From the IMG/VR virus record IMGVR_UViG_3300000756_000006: 15,440 bases of DNA. One strand, written 5' to 3'. Of this stretch, positions 1 through 6,816 are shown in pieces (the stretch's first letter is position 1; each line of letters starts with the position of its first letter). The translations under genes were made by a program, and so were the position numbers. Source of the DNA: a virus. The notes below the pieces were generated by a model that was not told the origin of the DNA, made no database searches, and saw only the letters and a program-made list of their open reading frames with translations.

Positions 1-101
1 ACCTTTTTCTGTCCATAAAGCCGTAGCGCTACTTTTACCCCAGCCGCTAAGCGGCGCTTGTGACGGAATAAAACCTCTAGCAGTTTTTACTATAGGTGCT
101 A
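1..101. repeat. Left copy of the exact 101-bp terminal direct repeat (circular-closure overlap)
   Basis: acctttttctgtccataaagccgtagcg...ctataggtgcta is identical, base for base, to 15340-15440. Confidence 0.95.
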
Positions 102-201
102 AAAGGTTTGCTAATTCTTTGCGTGTTTCTTTTGCTAGATCAGGACTAAACTTTTTGATAGCCTTGCGTAACTCAAGGGCGCCTCTTACCTCTGCTGGCA
201 T
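1..201 (-). CDS. N-terminal 67 codons of a 223-aa basic virion-module protein that wraps around the genome junction (tentatively HK97 gp10-like)
   Basis: ATG at 201-199. The translation MPAEVRGALELRKAIKKFSPDLAKETRKELANLLAPIVKTARGFIPSQAPLSGWGKSSATALWTEKG runs off the left edge with no stop. 201 nt is exactly 67 codons, and reading continues in frame at 15339. The N-terminal pattern (l..l.k.l..l.p.l.ke.rk.l...) resembles HK97 gp10-family tail/neck proteins. Confidence 0.6.
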   Translation of the reverse strand, partial: MPAEVRGALELRKAIKKFSPDLAKETRKELANLLAPIVKTARGFIPSQAPLSGWGKSSATALWTEKG

Positions 202-355
202 TTTTTATGTCCTCTGATCTATCGTTTAGTACTTTAATAACGTTAGCAAACATTGTGCTATCTAGATCCAATAAAGCCTGGGGCGCGATACCTGTCTCTA
301 CCGCTATCTGCGCAACTAGGTAGCCAAAACTACCGCGCCCCACTACTCCAAAGGG
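173..355 (-). CDS. -1 frame extension (gpT analogue) giving a roughly 141-aa G-T fusion chaperone
   Basis: The -1 frame is closed by TAA (358-356) just upstream of the heptamer. It is then open for 60 codons (PFGVVGRGSFGYLVAQIAVETGIAPQALLDLDSTMFANVIKVLNDRSEDIKNASRGKRRP) up to TGA at 175-173. Confidence 0.55.
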   Translation of the reverse strand, partial: PFGVVGRGSFGYLVAQIAVETGIAPQALLDLDSTMFANVIKVLNDRSEDIKNASRGKRRP

Positions 356-600
356 TTATCGTCAAGCACCTCTACCTTTGCTAAGGTCTCTAAAAATGTC
401 GCACCAAAGGTAGGTACAGTTTCGCCGCTAGTGCGGATGCACTCCCAAGCTAGCCAGTACACGTCACTTTGCTTTTCGTCATCTCTAAAAGCCTTGTGAA
501 AGCCTTTTTTTGCGTACAGCTCAAAGGCATACTCAATACGCGGCGTTATCTTGTGTTCAGATACTGATCCGTCAGCCCTTGTTATTTTTAGTATTGCCAT
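343..600 (-). CDS. Tail assembly chaperone (lambda gpG analogue), 85 aa
   Basis: A small acidic ORF directly downstream of the tail tube gene. SD-like AAGGGGCTAAGACA precedes the ATG. The gene ends with an X_XXY_YYZ slippery heptamer and a -1 frame ORF opens at that point. Confidence 0.65.
   Translation of the reverse strand: MAILKITRADGSVSEHKITPRIEYAFELYAKKGFHKAFRDDEKQSDVYWLAWECIRTSGETVPTFGATFLETLAKVEVLDDNPLE
349..355 (-). promoter_or_regulatory. Candidate -1 programmed ribosomal frameshift heptamer C_CCT_TTG
   Basis: Minus-strand CCCTTTG, with zero-frame codons CCT TTG, lies 2 codons before the chaperone stop. This fits X_XXY_YYZ and sits in the canonical position for tail chaperone G/GT. 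Confidence 0.55.
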
Positions 601-622
601 TGTCTTAGCCCCTTTAAGTTGT

Positions 623-1033
623 TTATACGGTTGTATCTACAACGATAGCGCTGTTGCAGGTAAAAGTAATTGACTGTGTAGAGATATCGCCTACTGCGCC
701 GTTAATATCTGTTGTGTTATTAACTAGAACTGTAGTCTGATACTCAGGATTTGCAGCTGAGATTGCTGCGCTGGTCTGCTTTAGGGTTAGTGGCACTGTT
801 GTACCCCAGGCCGCCTGCAAAGTCTGTAGCACGTTAGATGCCACAGTATCATTCAGAAAGTCTAAAGTAATAGTGCTTGCCTCTAGTCCTTTAACAAACT
901 TGTGAGCTGTATCGCCCATAGCCGTTACCTCTAGCTCGTCAAAGCTACGGTTAATAGTTGCGCTTGTAACGTGATCTGATAGGGCTACGCTGTTTAGCGT
1001 GACCACTACTCCGTTGGATAAATAAATGGCCAT
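623..1033 (-). CDS. Major tail (tail tube) protein, 136 aa
   Basis: Its position is between the neck genes and the chaperone. Size and pattern (MAIYLSNG..., ELEVTAMGDT...) are typical of small siphovirus tube proteins. Confidence 0.6.
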   Translation of the reverse strand: MAIYLSNGVVVTLNSVALSDHVTSATINRSFDELEVTAMGDTAHKFVKGLEASTITLDFLNDTVASNVLQTLQAAWGTTVPLTLKQTSAAISAANPEYQTTVLVNNTTDINGAVGDISTQSITFTCNSAIVVDTTV

Positions 1034-1036
1034 CGC

Positions 1037-1153
1037 TTATGCCTCGTCCTTTTCTGTCGTTGTGTCTTTAGGTGGTTTTGTTACTTTAACCTCGGTAGGC
1101 AATTCCTGGCCTATCTTGATTAAAAACGCTTTGTCCTCATCTGTAAGTGCCAT
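1037..1153 (-). CDS. Small 38-aa ORF (MALTDEDKAFLIKIGQELPTEVKVTKPPKDTTTEKDEA), not in the ORF track
   Basis: It fills the otherwise unexplained 120-nt gap. A TAAAATG junction links it to the upstream gene, GGAG lies 5 nt upstream of the ATG, and its stop TAA (1039-1037) is 3 nt before the tube-gene ATG. Confidence 0.4.
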   Translation of the reverse strand: MALTDEDKAFLIKIGQELPTEVKVTKPPKDTTTEKDEA

Positions 1154-1154
1154 T

Positions 1155-1544
1155 TTAACTCCAGCTCGTTAGTACGGATATTTGTAAATCTACTGTTAGC
1201 AGATCGCCGCTTGCTACAGTTAAAACGCTAGGCGCAGATACGCTCGTAACGTTAAAGACAATAGCGCTTGCTGCTAATTTGTTAAAGACTGTGCAAAACG
1301 TAGTCTCTATGCCTTGTAGGTTGCCCTCATTATCAAACATAGGAATAGTTACAATAATCTTAAAGTTTGCTAGTGGTGATATGCCTGCCTGGCTGTTATT
1401 GCTTGGTGTCAGGTATGGATCGGCCGGGGCCACAATGACACTATTAGCAATCATTGTGCTAGGCGGAAAGGCAAACGTAGAGTAGCTAGCATCTGCTAGG
1501 GCTGCTGCAATAGTTGTGCGCAGCGTAGTTATAGGCGCTGGCAT
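1155..1544 (-). CDS. Neck / tail-terminator-like head-tail joining protein, 129 aa
   Basis: The call rests on synteny (between connector and tube) and size. The pattern of an N-terminal helix followed by a P..vv core resembles gpU/DUF3168-type proteins. The assignment is tentative. Confidence 0.4.
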   Translation of the reverse strand: MPAPITTLRTTIAAALADASYSTFAFPPSTMIANSVIVAPADPYLTPSNNSQAGISPLANFKIIVTIPMFDNEGNLQGIETTFCTVFNKLAASAIVFNVTSVSAPSVLTVASGDLLTVDLQISVLTSWS

Positions 1545-2197
1545 TAGCCGACCATTGTGTTAGGGCTAAGGTAAGGCGCTAGTAAACCTCGTATAGATGC
1601 CATAAGAGTATTGCTCATCTTAAATGGGCTAGGGCTATAGCCATCTACGCTAGTGCCGCCGTTTTGTGTGCTAAAGCGTGCAGTCCATATATTTTCGGCT
1701 AGCATCAAAGCAGCCGCGTTAATAGCAGGTGTAGCAGAGTAAACAGCAGTCTTTGTATCTGCACCTGTTGCTCGCCCGTATGGCTTGACGCGCCTAAAGT
1801 TTTGATCTGCTGAGACCTTTGCATATTGTATAAAACTATAGCCGCGTGCAGGCTGGTAGTAATTAAGCTGCATATTAAAGGCAGGCAGTAGGTTTGTAGT
1901 GCCTGTGCTAAAAGGTAAGGTAGCTGTAATTGTGTAGCTGCCGTTAAAAACGCTACCTGCACCGGCTATTGACACGGTCTCGCCTGTAGTAAACAAGCCA
2001 GGGTTAGCAAGCATTACAGTAGCTACATTATTTACAAGGGCTGTACCTACGACAGGTGCATAGTCAAACTCTAAAAAACTGTTTATTAGATCCTCTGCTG
2101 CCTGGCAGGTGTCCTCTATCCAGGGGTAAGCATCGTAAAGAGTGCCCACGCCAAGACTCGCTTTAAGCGTAGCGGCGTTGCAATACGTTGCAGCCAT
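1544..2197 (-). CDS. Head-tail connector (gp6-like adaptor) carrying an internal extra domain, 217 aa
   Basis: The N-terminus YCNAATLKASLGVGTLYDAYPWIEDTCQAAEDLINSFL matches the usual gp6-like connector opening. The C-terminus ...AAALMLAENIW...IRGLLAPYL matches the closing helices. About 100 residues of beta-rich sequence lie between them. Confidence 0.5.
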   Translation of the reverse strand: MAATYCNAATLKASLGVGTLYDAYPWIEDTCQAAEDLINSFLEFDYAPVVGTALVNNVATVMLANPGLFTTGETVSIAGAGSVFNGSYTITATLPFSTGTTNLLPAFNMQLNYYQPARGYSFIQYAKVSADQNFRRVKPYGRATGADTKTAVYSATPAINAAALMLAENIWTARFSTQNGGTSVDGYSPSPFKMSNTLMASIRGLLAPYLSPNTMVG

Positions 2198-2218
2198 CTC
2201 TTTACCTTTCCTTACTAG

Positions 2219-2256
2219 GTGCGCTAGGGCAAAGGGCTAAATATGCCCTAGCGCAC
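2219..2256 (-). terminator. Strong hairpin immediately after the capsid gene (13-bp perfect stem, 12-nt loop), without a U-tract
   Basis: GTGCGCTAGGGCA (2219-2231) pairs with TGCCCTAGCGCAC (2244-2256). It lies in the 76-nt gap between the capsid stop (2274) and the connector ATG (2197). Confidence 0.4.
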
Positions 2257-2273
2257 TATTAGTGGGTTATCGC

Positions 2274-3860
2274 TTATGCGATATTCAGACGGCAAATGCC
2301 GTGAGGGATCTTGGCAATAGTGGCCATAAATCCATAAATAGCAATCTGAACTTGTAAGTTGCTTACGACATTAACAGACATATAAGCCTGTGGGCTCTCA
2401 TAAACAGTAAATGCCTCAGGCGCTAAAATAAATGCTGAGTTATCAGCTACGCCTGCAGTCATAAAGCGATCAACGTACAGATCTAAGCCAAGCACGTTTC
2501 CGCGTACAGAGTTGTTACTAACCATACCTGCTGCGTTAGCTAGTGATGCAGGGTTTGGCTGGTAAGCGTTAAAGATTGGGCGACCTGTGGTATCTACTGC
2601 ACCTAGTAATAGGTTGTAAATACCTGTGCTGCCTACAAAGTTTTGTGCAAAGTAACCGCTGTTTTTGTAAACGTTAGCTGTACTTTCTGCTGTGTAAGAG
2701 ATCAAGCCAGCCGCTGTAGCTGCTACGCCTGTGCTTGTAAATCCTGTAGCGTTAATTGCAGAGATTACTGCGCTGTCTGTTGCGTTCATATATGCAACCT
2801 GTAGTTGGTTTGTAAGCTCGTTAAAGAAGTTAGGATCGTTTGTGCGTTCCAATAATTCTACGCTGAGTGTATTCATACCTGAGTACTTATTTACAGTACC
2901 TGAAAGATACTCTGTAACCATACCTGTATTAGATACTGCGCCAGCTTCTGCCTCGACAGTTACAGTAGGTGCAACGCCGTTTAGGCCGCCGTTTGAGTCA
3001 ACGAGTGAAGGCACGTTGATTGTAGTGCCAGTAGCAGGCAAGATCCCTCTAGAGCAAGCATCTATCGCGCTTCTTGGAAAGCGTGTATTAGTAATAAATT
3101 CTGATAGGTACTGTGTGGGATTAAACGCTGGGTTAGTGGCAAAGCTATCGTCTGCAGCCGTCACGAAAAGTTTAGACTCATCGTTACCTAAAGCTGCTTT
3201 TACTTTATGCTCTGTGTATGTGCCCATATTGATAATTGGTGTACGGACGCGCTGGCTATCTAGCGCGCTTGGACGAATAATCGCGCGAGCTGCTTCTACT
3301 ACAGGTGCAGCCTCGGCTTTATCCTCGATCGGAGTTTCAGGGGCTGTAGTCACAGCTGCCTCGCTTTCGGTTAGGGTTGGTTTGTCTTGCTCTGTCGCTT
3401 CGCTTTCGCTAGCGGCAATACTTTGCACAGCGGCACTAGGAAAGGCGGCCGACTCTACTAGAGAGACCTCTCGCAGTTTTGCCGCTGTGACCAGGAGATA
3501 GCCGTCTTTAGGCTTAGATGCAATAACCTCTACACCTACGGATAAGCCGTCCATTAGCTGTTCCTGGGCTAGCAAAATTGCTGTGTCACCTGGCACACTT
3601 GCACTTATCTTAAAACTGGCATACAAACCATCGTCTGTAGATTGCATTGAAACCATTCGACCTACAGGTTGGCTTGTTTGGTGAGACATCAAAAGTTTTA
3701 TTTTACTTGTGTTATCGGCTGTAATACTGCCTTTAGCAAAGACAATAGGCCCGGCACTTGTCATACCGATTTCTCCATCGTAAGGCGCGATTTTACCTGC
3801 AATAGTACGGCGCTCGCCGCTATCTACAGCTTGTACAACACCACTAAATGTTAAGATCAT
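2274..3860 (-). CDS. Prohead protease (HK97 gp4/S78-like) fused to an HK97-fold major capsid protein, 528 aa
   Basis: The N-terminal roughly 150 aa carry protease motifs: LLMSHQTSQPVGR (His60) and MDGLSVGVE (Ser107). An acidic Glu/Ala/Thr/Pro linker follows (about aa 150-200). The C-terminal roughly 330 aa are capsid-like and follow the portal gene. SD AGGAGAG precedes the ATG. Confidence 0.7.
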   Translation of the reverse strand: MILTFSGVVQAVDSGERRTIAGKIAPYDGEIGMTSAGPIVFAKGSITADNTSKIKLLMSHQTSQPVGRMVSMQSTDDGLYASFKISASVPGDTAILLAQEQLMDGLSVGVEVIASKPKDGYLLVTAAKLREVSLVESAAFPSAAVQSIAASESEATEQDKPTLTESEAAVTTAPETPIEDKAEAAPVVEAARAIIRPSALDSQRVRTPIINMGTYTEHKVKAALGNDESKLFVTAADDSFATNPAFNPTQYLSEFITNTRFPRSAIDACSRGILPATGTTINVPSLVDSNGGLNGVAPTVTVEAEAGAVSNTGMVTEYLSGTVNKYSGMNTLSVELLERTNDPNFFNELTNQLQVAYMNATDSAVISAINATGFTSTGVAATAAGLISYTAESTANVYKNSGYFAQNFVGSTGIYNLLLGAVDTTGRPIFNAYQPNPASLANAAGMVSNNSVRGNVLGLDLYVDRFMTAGVADNSAFILAPEAFTVYESPQAYMSVNVVSNLQVQIAIYGFMATIAKIPHGICRLNIA

Positions 3861-5010
3861 TGTTTGTCTCTCCTGTGCCGTTAGGTGTTAGTTGTTCCAT
3901 TTGCTGCGCTTGCTCTAAGTCAATAAGGCCTAGTGTTAGCATCTTTTCTATTGCATCTAGTCGCGCAGTTGTATCAGCGCGTAAGAAAGTGTCATCTACA
4001 GCAAACTTTACAATGTTGCCGTGACGTGTTAGATCATCCATTGACAAACGATTTTCTATAGCACTTATGTAAGGTTGCAAAGTATACGCGACATACTCTT
4101 TTCTGGAATCTAGGACGTTTTGATACGTCATTGAATTATTCATATCTGCGCTAATCATAAAAGCAGGTACGTTCATAAGTCGGGCTATCTCTGTTGCTAA
4201 ATATTGGCTAGCCTCGTTGTACATCATATCTTTAGGACTAAAGCCAATATTTTGTACATCTAAAGTGCTAGTTAAATATGCAGTACTGCGTGATGCACGC
4301 GCTGCTTTCCACGCAGCTAGTAAGCCGCTTATTTGTGCCTCAGGCAGATCAGCACCGGAATTTTTAATCACACAGGTCGCCATCGGCGTGGCGGCAGATA
4401 CGCTTGCTGCTTTTTGTACATCTAGTGCGCTCTGTATTGTGCGAGCGCCAGTATCTAGTACGCCAGGTAAAAGTGACTGGTAAGTGACAATACTGCCGAT
4501 ACCGCTTGTAGGTGCTAATACGCCGTTCACATAGTAAGCATCTACTAACGTGCCGTCTGTATTAGTTTTAACTGTAACGCGAGAGTTTGCTATCCACTCA
4601 AAGCCGCTAGGTCTACCATCATCTGCATACAAACTTGTAACGCGCCAGTAAGCAACGCCGTAAAACAAAAGGCTATCTACTGTGTAGCTAATCATTACAC
4701 TACGCGGCTGGCGTATGTCAGGTTGATCTAGCCAAAGAGGAGACTCTAGCTGCTCGCCTGTAGATTTTTTGTACAGTTTTAGATCAAGCGTAGATATAAC
4801 GCCTTTTATTAAGTTAGAGCAACGAACAACGCTAGGTACTTGTAGCGCAGTATTGCGATCCATAAAAGGCGCGCCGCTACCTGTGCCATATAGGCCGCCA
4901 AAACTGTAAACACCTACGCCGTAGCCTGCGTTCATTACAGGCGGCATTAACTCAGCTGTTACATCTTTTTTTGCTATGCCTAACGTCTGTAATAACCCCA
5001 TAGCGCGCAT
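3844..5010 (-). CDS. Portal protein (HK97-family), 388 aa
   Basis: The gene sits between the terminase and the protease/capsid gene, and its size and sequence character are typical of Phage_portal family proteins. Confidence 0.7.
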   Translation of the reverse strand: MRAMGLLQTLGIAKKDVTAELMPPVMNAGYGVGVYSFGGLYGTGSGAPFMDRNTALQVPSVVRCSNLIKGVISTLDLKLYKKSTGEQLESPLWLDQPDIRQPRSVMISYTVDSLLFYGVAYWRVTSLYADDGRPSGFEWIANSRVTVKTNTDGTLVDAYYVNGVLAPTSGIGSIVTYQSLLPGVLDTGARTIQSALDVQKAASVSAATPMATCVIKNSGADLPEAQISGLLAAWKAARASRSTAYLTSTLDVQNIGFSPKDMMYNEASQYLATEIARLMNVPAFMISADMNNSMTYQNVLDSRKEYVAYTLQPYISAIENRLSMDDLTRHGNIVKFAVDDTFLRADTTARLDAIEKMLTLGLIDLEQAQQMEQLTPNGTGETNNDLNI

Positions 5011-5056
5011 TATAGGTTATCCACAGGCAAAACGTTACATAGGTTGTTCGGCGTGT

Positions 5057-6475
5057 CTAACTGTAAACCTTTACCTCACCGACAGGCTGTGCTAAGACGT
5101 GTACGACCATAGCCAAGCCAATAGGTATATCCACAGCCCCGGCAGACTTACGACGCACAATACGCCAGCTAGAGTCGTTAGTTTTAGCAGCGCAGTTTGC
5201 CATCTGCTGCACTAGCTGATCCTGGCCACTATGACGTATGCGATTATTAGTTAAAGCATTGTGAAAGTCCGAGCAGGCAGTATAAAACGCCTGGCCTGAT
5301 ACATCTCGCGTCTGCACACCTGCCATCTGTAAGCGCTGTGCTATAGATGCCGTAGTGTACTTGTCGTAGCAAACTACGCGCGGATAGTACAGATCTGCCC
5401 ATTTTTTTATGCTTGCAGCTATTGCTAGCTCATCTACTGCTACCTGGCTGCTGTAAGTCTCTAGGACTGCTATGCCTATTTTGCCATCGGGCAATACTTG
5501 GCCCATAGTTAAACTTGCATCGCGCTTGCTAGGGCTAACGTCAAAGGCAAAGACTGTAAGAGGCCCAGGTGACATTTTTAGCGTGCTATCACTTGCATCC
5601 TCAACGGCGCCGTGTGGCCAGGGGCTCTGCAAGCTATCGATCCATTGGCAAAGCGTCTCTGTCCTAAATTGCTCGACTGTTTGTGTTGTCAGGGCCTCGG
5701 CTATAGCCGCCTCTGTAATGAGTATGCCTAGCGCAGGGTTTGCAGCAGCCCACGCTTTTTTGTCTGTTAAAGCTGCAAACTGTGGGGCGCTGTACTCGTA
5801 AAATCCCATAGACGCTGGTGGATGGCTTAAACAACGCTCGCGTAGATCGTTGAGGACTGTGCTAAACGCATCTCCACTATTACTGCAAAGTAGCGTTTGC
5901 GCGTTAGGCCTTGCGCGTGTAATCGGCATAGCGGCAGAATAGGCTAACTCGTCTATTTCGCGCAGCTCATCTATAAATAGAAAATCTGCCGTTGCACCGC
6001 GACTGCTATCTCTAGTAGCAGCCTTTACGTCTAATCTTGCGCCGGACTTGAGCACTATGGCCTCTGCGCCGTTTGTGTAGCGTATCTGTTTGAGCTGTGA
6101 TCGCAGTTCAGGTGTCTGCTCTATTGCATCTACGATCTCTCTAAAAGTAGTGAGTGCCATAGCGCGCGCCGAGCTAATAATAACGTGATTACGCTCGTTA
6201 AACAAAAACAGGCCAGCTAGTACACGCATCCGCGCTAAATGACTTTTGCCGGATTGCCTAGCTGTTAAAACTAGGCTTGTCTTGCGGATGAATTGCTTAT
6301 TCTTGTCCACAGTCAGCATATCGGCCAAGACGTAACGTTGCCAGGGTAGCAAAGGCGCATTTATAAGCTCTGCTAAGTCAGAGACCTCATCTATCCGGCT
6401 TACACCTTTTAGCGGCGTATTTTGTAGGCGCGGCTGTGTTGCCCCAGTTCTAGATCGTGGCGTTTTATCTGCCAT
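5057..6475 (-). CDS. terL: Terminase large subunit, 472 aa
   Basis: Walker A-like TARQSGKSH and Walker B-like DFLFIDELRE are present, with a C-terminal nuclease-size domain. A basic N-terminal tail (MADKTPRSRTGATQPR) is also present. The gene lies immediately upstream of the portal. Confidence 0.8.
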   Translation of the reverse strand: MADKTPRSRTGATQPRLQNTPLKGVSRIDEVSDLAELINAPLLPWQRYVLADMLTVDKNKQFIRKTSLVLTARQSGKSHLARMRVLAGLFLFNERNHVIISSARAMALTTFREIVDAIEQTPELRSQLKQIRYTNGAEAIVLKSGARLDVKAATRDSSRGATADFLFIDELREIDELAYSAAMPITRARPNAQTLLCSNSGDAFSTVLNDLRERCLSHPPASMGFYEYSAPQFAALTDKKAWAAANPALGILITEAAIAEALTTQTVEQFRTETLCQWIDSLQSPWPHGAVEDASDSTLKMSPGPLTVFAFDVSPSKRDASLTMGQVLPDGKIGIAVLETYSSQVAVDELAIAASIKKWADLYYPRVVCYDKYTTASIAQRLQMAGVQTRDVSGQAFYTACSDFHNALTNNRIRHSGQDQLVQQMANCAAKTNDSSWRIVRRKSAGAVDIPIGLAMVVHVLAQPVGEVKVYS

Positions 6476-6816
6476 TAGTTGAGGTCTTGGCTAGGTTGGC
6501 CCTGACAGGGGCCTTGTACGACCCGTACGGCTGTTTCTGGGGAAATACAGTTTGAAAAGACAGGGGGGGTAGCCATCTTGGCTAAAAAAGCCGCCTGTGA
6601 CCTGTTACCCTTACTCGTATTGCAGCGCTTGCAGCAGGCCACAGCGTTCTCAGCATTGACCACTAGCTCAGGTGCAGCCGAGATCGGGATAACGTGATCT
6701 ACCTGTGTAGCATCCTGACCACAGTAGTAGCAGATATAGCCATCACGGCGCAGTATCTTATTCCTAAAGGCGTAGCGATAGGCACGCTGCACTCTAGGAT
6801 CACCTGCCTTAGCCAT
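6475..6816 (-). CDS. HNH endonuclease (113 aa from ATG 6816; the track start at 6855 is probably too long)
   Basis: Motifs: CYYCG ... DHVIPIS ... N ... CCKRCNTSKG. TAATG junctions occur at both ends, with the upstream gene at 6814-6818 and with terL at 6473-6477. Confidence 0.8.
   Translation of the reverse strand: MAKAGDPRVQRAYRYAFRNKILRRDGYICYYCGQDATQVDHVIPISAAPELVVNAENAVACCKRCNTSKGNRSQAAFLAKMATPPVFSNCISPETAVRVVQGPCQGQPSQDLN

Noticed and set aside
1-101. Terminal repeat as an IS/transposon end, LTR or attL/attR pair
   Set aside because: The repeat is direct and exact. Its length is set by the window edges, it lies within a continuous ORF, and no transposase or integrase is present. Circular-closure overlap is the simpler reading.
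1705-1962. Minus-strand alternative-frame ORFs nested in real genes: 85 aa at 1705-1962 and 63 aa at 10878-11069
   Set aside because: They are fully embedded in the connector and fibre genes. The peptides are Leu/Gln-rich and implausible, with no start context.
2731-3501. 256-aa plus-strand ORF, along with other plus-strand ORFs at 1279-1485, 3669-3854, 4217-4483, 5472-5801, 7310-7531, 7984-8205, 8323-8508, 9525-9932, 11342-11710, 12418-12669, 13425-13790, 13803-14276 and 14280-14540
   Set aside because: All lie antisense to well-supported minus-strand genes. The 2731 ORF starts at a GTG with no SD, and I saw no SD for the others. They translate to low-complexity Ala/Ser/Leu/Val/Cys-rich sequence typical of shadow frames.
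6563-6569. C7 homopolymer on the coding strand (ACC CCC CCT) in the HNH C-terminal tail, as a phase-variable or error-prone site
   Set aside because: The frame is intact as given and the TAATG coupling to terL is preserved. It is only a caution for sequencing accuracy.
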